From: Elusimicrobiota bacterium
GTDB lineage: Bacteria; Elusimicrobiota; Endomicrobiia; Endomicrobiales; JBDRNC01
Reading direction: 5' to 3'
Length of the DNA: 25,567 nt
Assembly (NCBI GenBank): GCA_043811535.1
Contig: JBDRNC010000024.1
Location: 1 to 25,567, forward strand
Shown piece after piece: positions 16,115-24,305 of the stretch. The number at the start of each line of letters is the position of its first letter. Within the stretch, counting starts at the first letter, position 1. Under the pieces are notes generated by a model. That model was not told the origin of the DNA, made no database searches, and saw nothing but the letters and a program-made list of their open reading frames with translations. A program made the translations under genes and the position numbers.

Positions 16115-16276
16115 ATGTCAATCGTATCAGAATCAGAGTACAAAGGAAATCCGATGATAGTCATCAAGAATTCGGATGAAGACAAGTTCCCGTTTCAGTT
16201 CGGTCTGAAAAAAGCGAAGCTGATCCTGGAGAATATCGAAAGTATCAAGAAATTTGTGGAAAAGCACGATAAATAA
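16115..16276 (+). CDS. 53-aa small protein (not in the ORF track)
   Basis: Strong SD AAGGAGG and own promoter. MSIVSESEYKGNPMIVIKNSDEDKFPFQFGLKKAKLILENIESIKKFVEKHDK. Confidence 0.85.
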   Translation: MSIVSESEYKGNPMIVIKNSDEDKFPFQFGLKKAKLILENIESIKKFVEKHDK

Positions 16277-16282
16277 TTAATC

Positions 16283-16322
16283 AAGGGGACGGTTCTATCG
16301 GAATAAATAGAACCGTCCCCTT
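16283..16322. repeat. REP-like inverted repeat, copy 3
   Basis: 16-bp arms AAGGGGACGGTTCTAT / ATAGAACCGTCCCCTT with an 8-nt spacer. Confidence 0.9.
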
Positions 16323-16338
16323 ATTTTTTAAATCAACC

Positions 16339-17580
16339 ATGGAAATCGAGCAAAACAGGTTTTTTCTCTGTTATTTTGAGGGCACGAGGCAATGCAACCT
16401 TAATTGTCCGTACTGTATGACGCGGACCGGCGAAAAGCCCCGGAAGGACGAGCTGACTACGGATGAAATCAAGCGTTTGGTGATTGATGAGGTCATAAAA
16501 TACTGTTCCCACCCGGCAATGGCGTTTTCGGGAGGGGAGTTCCTGCTGAGAAAAGACGCCATAGATATCCTGGGCTATACGGCGCAAAAAGGCATGTGGT
16601 CGTTTATCAATACCAACGCCACTTTGCTGAACGAAGAGACATTAAGGAACATCAAGGGCGCTACCGGCAACAAAGTGATATTCGTTTTTTCGCTGAATTC
16701 ATTGGAATCTGACGTGCACGAGTGGTCAAGGGATGACAGCCTGAATACCGTGGTCAAGGCCGCAAAGCTCTGCAGCAGGGAAGGCATAAACTTCTTTTTT
16801 ATATTGACAATCAGCAAGAACAATCTGCATACCCTGAAAAAGACAATTAATTTCTTAAAATCAAAAGGCGTGCCGGTGCTCAGATCGCCTTTTGTGACGC
16901 GGGGCTCAGGGAGAAACCACGCAGACCTGCTTTTTTCAAAAGAGGACATGAGGGATACGATACATCCTGTGTTAAGGGATTATCCGTTATCTTACATTAG
17001 CTATGCTCCGTTTTTTGCTTCTCCCGAGTTTCTTGAAGAGAAACAGAAGCAGATGAATGTCAGCATAGGCCAGTTCGGGTGCCAGGCGGCGAAAGGTTTT
17101 GTGGGTATAAACGCCGAGGGCGATGTGGCTCCGTGCGTGCAGATGCTGGACAGTACGGTCCTTTGCGGAAATGTCAGGGAAACGCCCCTGCTTGATATCC
17201 TGCGGAACAATGAAACGCTGAATTCTCTTAGAAACAGGGACTCTTTGAAAGGCAAGTGCGGTATATGCCGTTACAAGCATACCTGCGGAGGATGCCGCGC
17301 AATCGCCTACTACAAAACGGGTGATTATCTTGAATCTGACCCGAACTGTTTCTTTGAGCCCGAAACGCCGGAAACCAGGTCGGAACACGAGCATATACAG
17401 ACAAAGAACACGGAGATATTCCTGAGTTTCATTTCCGGGCAGGAACCGTGGAAATCGCTTTTTACGTCCAATTTTAATTCCGCGGTTATCGCGAAAGAAG
17501 ATATGCCACTTAAACGGCGCGTTGCCGGAAAGATGAAAAGATATATCAGAGAAGCCGTGGGGGCTCTGACAGGAAAATGA
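16339..17580 (+). CDS. Radical SAM/SPASM-domain protein (NirJ/Ahb-like)
   Basis: CNLNCPYC, FSGGE, SPASM cysteines CQAAK..G.V.PC..KCGICRYKHTCGGCRA..DPNC. Confidence 0.92.
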   Translation: MEIEQNRFFLCYFEGTRQCNLNCPYCMTRTGEKPRKDELTTDEIKRLVIDEVIKYCSHPAMAFSGGEFLLRKDAIDILGYTAQKGMWSFINTNATLLNEETLRNIKGATGNKVIFVFSLNSLESDVHEWSRDDSLNTVVKAAKLCSREGINFFFILTISKNNLHTLKKTINFLKSKGVPVLRSPFVTRGSGRNHADLLFSKEDMRDTIHPVLRDYPLSYISYAPFFASPEFLEEKQKQMNVSIGQFGCQAAKGFVGINAEGDVAPCVQMLDSTVLCGNVRETPLLDILRNNETLNSLRNRDSLKGKCGICRYKHTCGGCRAIAYYKTGDYLESDPNCFFEPETPETRSEHEHIQTKNTEIFLSFISGQEPWKSLFTSNFNSAVIAKEDMPLKRRVAGKMKRYIREAVGALTGK

Positions 17581-17640
17581 CCTGCCGCTAAGGCGTTGTC
17601 GGGTTTTCCCTCCTTTAAAGTAAGCCGGATGTAAGATCAT

Positions 17641-18954
17641 ATGAAAATACTGCTAATCAAACCGAAGTGGTTCATCAAAGGCGGAGTATACAAGGTGCTT
17701 GACAACGTCAGGTTCACTCCGCTGAACCTGGGCATCATAGCGGCGCTGTCAGAAGGGCACGATGTGATGGTGATTGACAATGACTGGGAAGAAATACCCT
17801 ATGAAGATAAATTTGATCTCGTAGGAATATCGGTGACAACTTTCACGTCACAGCGGGCCTACGGGATAGCGGAAAGATTCAGGAAATCCGGAGCCAAAGT
17901 GGTTTTTGGCGGCGTGCATCCCAGTTTGATGCCTGACGAGTGCCTTCAGCACGCAGATTCAGTGGTCATAGGCGAAGTGGAATACGTTTGGAAAGGACTC
18001 CTGAAAGATGTCGAGAGCGGGAACCTGGGAAAGATTTACAAGAGCGAAAAAATGACGGATATGAACGACGTCCCCTTCCCTAAAAGAGAGCTTTTAAACG
18101 AAAAGTCATGGGTTGCATGCGTGCAGGCCACGCGGGGCTGCCCCAATACCTGCAAGTACTGCTATCTGCCCAGCGTGTCGTGGAGCGCGCATAGGAAAAG
18201 GGATATAGACCTTGTGTATGAAGAGATAAAAGGCATGAAGCAGAAGACGGTCTTTTTTGTGGATGATAATCTGTTCGCCGACCAGGACTACGCGATGAAA
18301 CTGTTTGACAGGATAGCGCCGCTGAAAAAGGACTGGTCAGTACAGGCACCAACGACTATCGCCGATAACGACGCGCTTTTGAAAAAGATGGCGGATTCAG
18401 GTTGTTTTAACGTTCAGATAGGGTTCCAGACCGTTAACCCGAGATCGCTGGAGTGGGCTTCCGTGCGCCAGAACAGCATAGAGAAATACAAGGGGATAAT
18501 AAACAAGCTGCACAGGCACAAGATACTGGTGACCGGATTTTTCATGTTCGGTTTTGACACAGATGACAAGGACATATTCGAAAAGACGGTTGAAGTTATC
18601 AAAGAAATAGATATCGACCACGTGCACATGTATATTCTGACGCTTTATCCCGGGACAAAACTGTATGAACAGTTCAGGGGCGAGGGGCGCCTGCTGGCGG
18701 ACAAGGACAGGTCGAATTACGGCTGGGCGAACGCGATGTTCACTCCCATGCACATGTCGCCCGAAGAACTTGAACGCGGGGTGCATATGTCTTACGAGCA
18801 GCTTTCAGGATATTTCAACAGGAGACTTCCCGGCAAGATTCTGGGGAGGGCCGGCTGGCTCATCAGGCGCCCGAACCTGTTATACAACATTATCATGGGC
18901 AATTTGGGCAAAAAAGACATAAGAAAAAAACTGGGATTAGAAACCGCCAGCTAA
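17641..18954 (+). CDS. B12-binding-domain radical SAM protein
   Basis: N-terminal PL.L..IAA..DLVGIS..VVFGGVHPS..VVIGE domain, ATRGCPNTCKYC, FVDDN. Confidence 0.92.
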   Translation: MKILLIKPKWFIKGGVYKVLDNVRFTPLNLGIIAALSEGHDVMVIDNDWEEIPYEDKFDLVGISVTTFTSQRAYGIAERFRKSGAKVVFGGVHPSLMPDECLQHADSVVIGEVEYVWKGLLKDVESGNLGKIYKSEKMTDMNDVPFPKRELLNEKSWVACVQATRGCPNTCKYCYLPSVSWSAHRKRDIDLVYEEIKGMKQKTVFFVDDNLFADQDYAMKLFDRIAPLKKDWSVQAPTTIADNDALLKKMADSGCFNVQIGFQTVNPRSLEWASVRQNSIEKYKGIINKLHRHKILVTGFFMFGFDTDDKDIFEKTVEVIKEIDIDHVHMYILTLYPGTKLYEQFRGEGRLLADKDRSNYGWANAMFTPMHMSPEELERGVHMSYEQLSGYFNRRLPGKILGRAGWLIRRPNLLYNIIMGNLGKKDIRKKLGLETAS

Positions 18955-18962
18955 ACGCGGTC

Positions 18963-18991
18963 TTGACAAAAATAAAGGTCTGTGTTATAAT
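18963..18991 (+). promoter_or_regulatory. Consensus sigma70 promoter
   Basis: TTGACA-17 bp-TATAAT, a perfect consensus. Confidence 0.9.
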
Positions 18992-19000
18992 GTAAATGTT

Positions 19001-19093
19001 ATGAATAAGAGATCGATGATGATAAACGTTACGTTTCCTAAACACATCCGCCTTGCAGTATGGCAGAAGGCGAATGGGAGGGGTGCGTTTTGA
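19001..19093 (+). CDS. Putative 30-aa leader peptide (attenuator)
   Basis: MNKRSMMINVTFPKHIRLAVWQKANGRGAF*, lying between the promoter and an intrinsic terminator. Its 3' end can pair with the terminator 5' arm. Confidence 0.55.
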   Translation: MNKRSMMINVTFPKHIRLAVWQKANGRGAF

Positions 19094-19132
19094 TTCATTG
19101 ATTTAACCGCAGCATAAAACAAATTGAAACCG

Positions 19133-19161
19133 CCACTCTTGGAAGCCAAGAGTGGTTTTTT
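19133..19161 (+). terminator. Intrinsic terminator in the 5' leader (attenuator)
   Basis: CCACTCTTGG-AAG-CCAAGAGTGG-TTTTTT, just upstream of the SD GGAGG of the next gene. Confidence 0.85.
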
Positions 19162-19179
19162 ATTTTCCAGGGAGGATAT

Positions 19180-19845
19180 ATGTATTATTCAGGCAATGCA
19201 GGGTTCAGAGCGGCAAGGACAGGGATTGATAGAATAGATAAACGGGTAATAGGACTTATTGGCAGAAGAGACGAATTAGTTAAAATAGCTTCAAAACACA
19301 AGCATAATATAAAACAGGCCGCGGCTAATACGCGAGTGCGCGAGATTATGCGAACGAGAACGTGTTGGGCCAAAGAGACCGGCGTAAACCCGGCTTTAGT
19401 AAGGAACATATACAAAAGGATGATATCGTACTTTGTTACGATTGAGAAAGCGGAACTAACAAAAAGGGATAAAGCCATGTACTACTCAAAAGATAGATTG
19501 AAGCTAAGAAAGGACGTAACGGGCGCGGCTATGTGGGCCGTGGCGCTGGACAACGCCATGCTTACGTATTTCGAGCTTAAGCCGTTTACCGTGTTCAGGA
19601 AACACTCGCATGTGTGCGAGCAAATAACCTGCGTGCTTGAAGGGGAGCTTTACTTCAAGACGGCGGAAGGCACTGTGACGGTCAGAAAGGGCGAGGCCAT
19701 AGCGATACCGTCCAACGTGCCGCACTCGGTGTTTTGCAGGGACAAGTTTGTTAAAGCGGTGGACGCGTGGTCGCCCGTGATGGAAAAGTACGCGGAACTG
19801 GAAACAGAAGAACAAAACGAATACGCAGGAGACCAATCCCACTAA
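19180..19845 (+). CDS. AroQ-type chorismate mutase/PchB-like domain fused to a cupin domain
   Basis: Residues 1-95: R..IDRID..I..GRR...VK.AS..K......RV.....R..WA.E.G, resembling PchB. Residues 100-205: cupin HSH..EQIT.VLEGEL..GE.I.IPSNVPH..D..SP. Confidence 0.8.
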   Translation: MYYSGNAGFRAARTGIDRIDKRVIGLIGRRDELVKIASKHKHNIKQAAANTRVREIMRTRTCWAKETGVNPALVRNIYKRMISYFVTIEKAELTKRDKAMYYSKDRLKLRKDVTGAAMWAVALDNAMLTYFELKPFTVFRKHSHVCEQITCVLEGELYFKTAEGTVTVRKGEAIAIPSNVPHSVFCRDKFVKAVDAWSPVMEKYAELETEEQNEYAGDQSH

Positions 19846-19925
19846 GACGGGACAGGAACGCCCTCGAAGTCCGCCGTGGCGGACGGAGTAGGGTTTCGCG
19901 CGAAAAGGCGCTTAAGACAGGAGCC

Positions 19926-19997
19926 AATCCGCCTACGCCGGCATGTTGACGATAGACACAGCTATTCGCCGTATCGTCAACATGGCTTCGGCGGATT
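19926..19997. repeat. Nested REP-like palindrome
   Basis: Outer AATCCGCC/GGCGGATT and inner 13-bp CATGTTGACGATA/TATCGTCAACATG arms. Homologous to the insert at 3288-3337. A second palindrome GTCCGCCGTGGCGGAC lies at 19869-19884. Confidence 0.75.
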
Positions 19998-20038
19998 TCG
20001 CGATGAGACGATTTAAAACAACGCTTATGGAGCTCAAC

Positions 20039-20833
20039 ATGAGATATACATTCGGAACGAACGAAATAGCCGCAAGAAGACTGGAGAAAGTGGCGAGGAT
20101 ATTCAATCCGCATTCCGCGGAGTTCATCAGGGAATACGTGCCGTATCCCGTGGTATCGGCCGTTGATATGGGCTGCGGGCCGGGCTTCACGACCCACTTG
20201 CTCAATATGACGGTCAAATCAAAGGAAATCTACGGGATGGACAGTTCAGAAGCCTTCCTGCACAGGGCCATGGACAGATTTTCGGAGTACGTTTTTGTGT
20301 GCCACGACCTGACAAGAATGCCGTTCCCGCTGAAGCCCGAGGTCATGTACGTGAGGTTCGTGCTTTCCCACATGCCCGATCCCGTGGCGCTCGTTAACGA
20401 CTGGACTTCCCAGTTGAACGAGAGAGGCGCGTTGCTGATAGAAGAGGTGGAGGACATCAAAACCGATGTCCCGGTCTTCAAGAGATACCTTGAGATCAAC
20501 AAGGGGCTTGTCGGTTCCCAGCGCGCGGCCCTGTACGTGGGAAAAGAGCTGTCAAGAGGCGCGTACGACGCCGAAATACTGGCGAATAGATGCGTTGAAG
20601 TCGCGGTAAGCGACAGTGCCGCCGCGGAGATGTTCTATCCGAACACGATAAGTATCTGGAGGGACGAACCGTACGTAACGTCGACTGTCCCGGCGTCTGA
20701 AAGGAAGGATATATCCTGCGAGCTGCGCGAGATAATCGGTTCGGGCGGCGGAAAGAGCGGGATTACGTGGAAAATGAGAAGGATAGTACTCCGGAACAGG
20801 GAACAAGACCCGTATCTGGAATTGTTCATCTGA
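20039..20833 (+). CDS. Class I SAM-dependent methyltransferase
   Basis: Start 20039 after GGAG preferred, because the longer ORF runs through a palindrome. Motif I VDMGCGPG, GMDSS, HDLT, RFVLSH. Confidence 0.88.
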   Translation: MRYTFGTNEIAARRLEKVARIFNPHSAEFIREYVPYPVVSAVDMGCGPGFTTHLLNMTVKSKEIYGMDSSEAFLHRAMDRFSEYVFVCHDLTRMPFPLKPEVMYVRFVLSHMPDPVALVNDWTSQLNERGALLIEEVEDIKTDVPVFKRYLEINKGLVGSQRAALYVGKELSRGAYDAEILANRCVEVAVSDSAAAEMFYPNTISIWRDEPYVTSTVPASERKDISCELREIIGSGGGKSGITWKMRRIVLRNREQDPYLELFI

Positions 20834-20855
20834 TACTGCAGTCAGCGCCGAAAAC

Positions 20856-20890
20856 AAAGGGGCCGCTCCGCAAAAAGGGGCGGCCCCTTT
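20856..20890 (+). terminator. Intrinsic (possibly bidirectional) terminator
   Basis: AAAGGGGCCGCTCC-GCAAAAA-GGGGCGGCCCCTTT. Confidence 0.8.
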
Positions 20891-20895
20891 ACTCA

Positions 20896-22247
20896 GGTAA
20901 TGTCAAGATTTGTGTGTAATTTGTTTAAGGGGTTTATTCTCCCAAAGTTTATTCTGTCTGTAAAATATGGCGAAGATGATACGCTGAACACTGTCCTGAT
21001 TACTGAAACAGCTGATAGTTCTGGTACGGCGCCTGACTTCACGGAAACAACGCTCAATAACGTTTGTAGTGCGAAGTTTAACCCACATAGGTTCAGGCTC
21101 TTTGAAGAAAGAAAGAAGATCGAATATGTCATCGTTAAGACAATCGACGGCATCTGGAGCGATAGGATGCCATGTCTTGGCCCAGAATCTGAAAGCTTTC
21201 AAGGCTGATTTGTGGTCTGAAGCGTTATAAATATCGCGTGCCTGGCTCATGCATAGTGGCTGAAGCTTTTTCGGCAGCCTGTTGGCGACGTTGCGCAGCT
21301 TGTGGGCCCAGCATGGCTGCTGAGGGATAGTTGGGAATACAGTGGCAATGGCGTTCTTTAAACCTTTGTTGCCGTCCCTTGCTATAAGCCTCAACTGTTT
21401 GCCTTCAAGGCCTCTATAATACAGGCGCCATAGGAAGTTCTGCCAGGCAAGCTCGGATTCGCCGTTGGGGGCGAGCGCAAAATCTATCAATTCCCTCGTT
21501 CCGTTGGCTTTTATGCCATAAACGACAAGAACACAGCGTCTTTTGCCCCATACCGGGTTCTTGATGTTAAAATATACGCCGTCGGCTATAAGATAGACAT
21601 AGTCGTCAACAAGCTTTCTTGAATGATACTTGTTTACCTGCTCATTAAGGCCCTTAGCAATAGTGGAAACGCTTGATGCGCTTACGGCATTCATGCCCAG
21701 CAGGGGTTCCATAACCTCTTTTACCCTGCGGGTGGATACACCGGCAAGGAACATTTTAAGTATCATGGCGTCAACATCGTTCGTTCTTTGCTTATAAGCT
21801 TTCATGCATGTAAAACGTACCTTGCCGCTTCTTACACGCGGGATAAGAAGGTTAAGGTATCCAAACCCGGTATACAGCCCTCTGGATCTGTAACCGTTTC
21901 GGTAGTTAATCCTGTAAGGGCTGTGTTTACCGAATTCGGCTCCCGTAAGATCTTGCAGTTGAAAGTCCATGCTGCTATACATTAATTTCCTTAATGCTTC
22001 GAGGGCTTCTTTCTTCAGTTCGTCCTCGATATTTTCTTTGACACCGGACCAGCATTGAAAAAAGTCCTTGTCAGTGAAGTACAACTGTGCTACACTGTTC
22101 ATGGGCTACCTCCTCATTAGGTTATTGGTCTAACTTATGGGAGAATAGCCCCTTTTCTTTTTTATGTCAACTTCTTAAAAGAAAAAAGAAGCAAAAAAGA
22201 AAAACGGAAACAACATAAACAAATTACACACTTTAGTATACACTACC
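20896..22247 (-). mobile_element. IS256-family insertion sequence (1352 bp)
   Basis: 32-bp imperfect terminal IRs (20896-20927, 22216-22247; 24/32 identical, starting GG) around one transposase. A hairpin at 22103-22151 covers the SD. No target duplication. Confidence 0.92.
20903..22102 (-). CDS. IS256-family (mutator-like) DDE transposase
   Basis: YRNGYR..IPRVR, GVSTRRV, DG, DGNKGL..AI..VFP..Q.CWAHK.RN, RTTNVIERCFREVRRR. Confidence 0.96.
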   Translation of the reverse strand: MNSVAQLYFTDKDFFQCWSGVKENIEDELKKEALEALRKLMYSSMDFQLQDLTGAEFGKHSPYRINYRNGYRSRGLYTGFGYLNLLIPRVRSGKVRFTCMKAYKQRTNDVDAMILKMFLAGVSTRRVKEVMEPLLGMNAVSASSVSTIAKGLNEQVNKYHSRKLVDDYVYLIADGVYFNIKNPVWGKRRCVLVVYGIKANGTRELIDFALAPNGESELAWQNFLWRLYYRGLEGKQLRLIARDGNKGLKNAIATVFPTIPQQPCWAHKLRNVANRLPKKLQPLCMSQARDIYNASDHKSALKAFRFWAKTWHPIAPDAVDCLNDDIFDLLSFFKEPEPMWVKLRTTNVIERCFREVRRRTRTISCFSNQDSVQRIIFAIFYRQNKLWENKPLKQITHKS

Positions 22248-22262
22248 GTCGCCGTCTTTAGT

Positions 22263-22291
22263 TTGCAGTTGCGTGCATTTTTTGATATAAT
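22263..22291 (+). promoter_or_regulatory. Putative sigma70 promoter of the yebC-ruvCAB cluster
   Basis: TTGCAG-17 bp-TATAAT with an extended TG. Confidence 0.6.
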
Positions 22292-22331
22292 CCGAAAAAC
22301 AACAATATAATGTATTTTCAGGGAGTTTAAA

Positions 22332-23087
22332 ATGTCAGGTCATTCAAGATGGGCAGGCATTAAGCATAAAAAAGCTGCGGTTGACGCGAAAAAAGGCAAG
22401 GCATTTACCAAGATAATACGCGAGATCTCAGTTGCGGCGCGGCAGGGCGGGACAATATTGGAGAATAATGTCCGCCTCAGGAAAGCGATTGAAGCCGGCA
22501 AAATGGCTAACATGCCGCTGGATAATGTCAAGAAGGCCATACAACGCGGTACGGGAGAGATACCGGGTGTTATTTACGAAGAAGTCTATTACGAAGGTTA
22601 TGGGCCAGGCGGCGTGGCAATAATGGTTGAAGGCACTACCGATAACAAGAACAGAACCGCTTCAGAGATAAGGAAGATTTTTTCAAGTCACAACGGAAAC
22701 ATGGGCGAAAACGGATGCGTCGCATGGATGTTCAGCCAGAAAGGATACATATCCGTTGAAAAATCAAAAGCCAGGGAAGACGATCTTATGACACTGGCGC
22801 TGGAGCTCGGTGCGGACGACTTCAAGTCGGACGACGAGGACGTGTTTGAAATATTCACAAAACCGCCGGATTTTGAAAAAGTAAAGCAGGGTTTGGAAAG
22901 CAAGGGTATTCTTATGTCGGTGTCCGAGATCTCGCAGCAGCCCCAGACTTTCATAAAACTTACGGGTAAGGAAGCGGAGCAGATGCTTGTGCTTATGGAT
23001 GCCCTTGAAGAAAACGATGACGTTAAGAGTGTTTACGCAAATTTTGATATCTCAAAAGAAGAAATGGAAGCGTTAGGAAACAAATAA
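22332..23087 (+). CDS. yebC: YebC/PmpR family protein
   Basis: MSGHSRWAGIKHKK, YEGYGPGG, TDNKNRT, LEENDDV..VY.N. Canonical position upstream of ruvC. Confidence 0.97.
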   Translation: MSGHSRWAGIKHKKAAVDAKKGKAFTKIIREISVAARQGGTILENNVRLRKAIEAGKMANMPLDNVKKAIQRGTGEIPGVIYEEVYYEGYGPGGVAIMVEGTTDNKNRTASEIRKIFSSHNGNMGENGCVAWMFSQKGYISVEKSKAREDDLMTLALELGADDFKSDDEDVFEIFTKPPDFEKVKQGLESKGILMSVSEISQQPQTFIKLTGKEAEQMLVLMDALEENDDVKSVYANFDISKEEMEALGNK

Positions 23088-23174
23088 GGGTCCGGAGTCA
23101 AGGGTAAAGAGTCCAGGATTTGAATAGTCTTGTCGTTGATTTAACTGGTCCCTGGACCCTGGCGACTGGCCCCT
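23087..23174. repeat. Inverted arrays of 7-nt repeats
   Basis: AGGGTCC GGAGTCA AGGGTAA AGAGTCC (23087-23114) and, on the minus strand, AGGGGCC AGTCGCC AGGGTCC AGGGACC (23174-23147). Confidence 0.7.
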
Positions 23175-23191
23175 CTGTTGAGGCCTTGCTT

Positions 23192-23692
23192 ATGATAGTT
23201 TTAGGGATAGATCCCGGGTTGTCTCTTACAGGATGGGGTATCATCGCCTCGGACGGCAAGAACGCACTGTCCCTGATAGGGTACGGCTGCATAAAGACAG
23301 GATCCAATCTGCAGCTCTGCGAGCGTCTTAAGATAATAAACCATACCATAAGAGAACTTGTACGCCTCAATAAACCCGAAGTGATGGCTATAGAAGAGCT
23401 GTTTTTCGCGAAAGAGGCGAAAACCGTAGCTTCCGTAGGCCAGGCGCGGGGCGCAATCCTGCTTGCGGCTGTTGATGAGAACCTTCCCGTGCACGAATAT
23501 AATCCGAGAAAAGTGAAAATCGCGTTGACAGGATATGGGGCGGCCGACAAGAACCAGATACAGCACATGGTCCAAAAGCTTCTAGGGCTAAAGGAAATAC
23601 CGAAGCCCGATGATGCCGCGGACGCATTAGCGATAGCCATGTGCCATCTCAATACGAACCGGTACAACGTCATGATAGGAACGGCAATATGA
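23192..23692 (+). CDS. ruvC: Holliday junction resolvase RuvC
   Basis: Start MIVLGIDPG at 23192. Motifs AIEELFF, GQARG, GYGAADK.Q, PDDAADALAIA. Confidence 0.97.
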   Translation: MIVLGIDPGLSLTGWGIIASDGKNALSLIGYGCIKTGSNLQLCERLKIINHTIRELVRLNKPEVMAIEELFFAKEAKTVASVGQARGAILLAAVDENLPVHEYNPRKVKIALTGYGAADKNQIQHMVQKLLGLKEIPKPDDAADALAIAMCHLNTNRYNVMIGTAI

Positions 23693-24297
23693 TTTCGCAC
23701 CTGCGCGGGCCTGTAGAAAAGAAAAGCAACGGCTCAGTGGTCATCGATGCGAACGGTGTAGGCTATGAGGTCTTTGTTCCGGTTTCAACAGGGCTTGCGC
23801 TTCATAAGAACAGCGGCGAGGTGAAATTGTATATCGTCGAGTCCAGCGCGATGTACGGAGGCGGAACTACTCTCTACGGTTTTCTTACCGAGGAAGAGAA
23901 AGATGTGTTCATGCTTCTGCGCAACGAAGTGCCGGGCGCCGGAGCTAAAAAAGCGCTTGAGTACATGGATAAGGTTACCAAATCCATTGCCGATTTCCGC
24001 AAGGCAATAGTAAACAGGGACGTGTCGCTGCTGACAAGCCTTTTCGGCTTCACGAAAAAGACCGCGGAAAAGCTCGTCGCCGCGCTGAAGGACAAGGCAG
24101 GCGAGCTTAATATAACAGGCAAGGAAAGATTCCATGCGGTATCCGGAACGGGCGCGAGAGCGGAGGCGATAGCCGGGCTTATCGCACTTGGATACAGGGA
24201 AACGCAGGCGAGGGAAGCGGTGGATGCCGCCCTGAACGGGACGGAAAAGAAACTTACCGTTGAGGAGATAATCAAGCTGTCCTTACAGCATCTTTGA
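23689..24297 (+). CDS. ruvA: Holliday junction branch migration protein RuvA
   Basis: Start MISHLRG with an ATGA overlap of the ruvC stop. Motifs GVGYEV, LYGF, KKTAEKL..LKDK, L.ALGY. Confidence 0.95.
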   Translation: MISHLRGPVEKKSNGSVVIDANGVGYEVFVPVSTGLALHKNSGEVKLYIVESSAMYGGGTTLYGFLTEEEKDVFMLLRNEVPGAGAKKALEYMDKVTKSIADFRKAIVNRDVSLLTSLFGFTKKTAEKLVAALKDKAGELNITGKERFHAVSGTGARAEAIAGLIALGYRETQAREAVDAALNGTEKKLTVEEIIKLSLQHL

Positions 24298-24305
24298 GAT
24301 AAATA

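Noticed and set aside
16115..18954. RiPP cluster with the 53-aa protein as precursor for the SPASM enzyme
   Set aside because: The peptide looks like a folded domain, has no Cys/Trp core motif and is separated by a REP palindrome. No RRE, protease or transporter is seen.
23120..23688. Extended N-termini of RuvC (23120) and RuvA (23641) from the ORF track
   Set aside because: The family-typical starts are at 23192 and 23689. The extensions cross a repeat or overlap ruvC.
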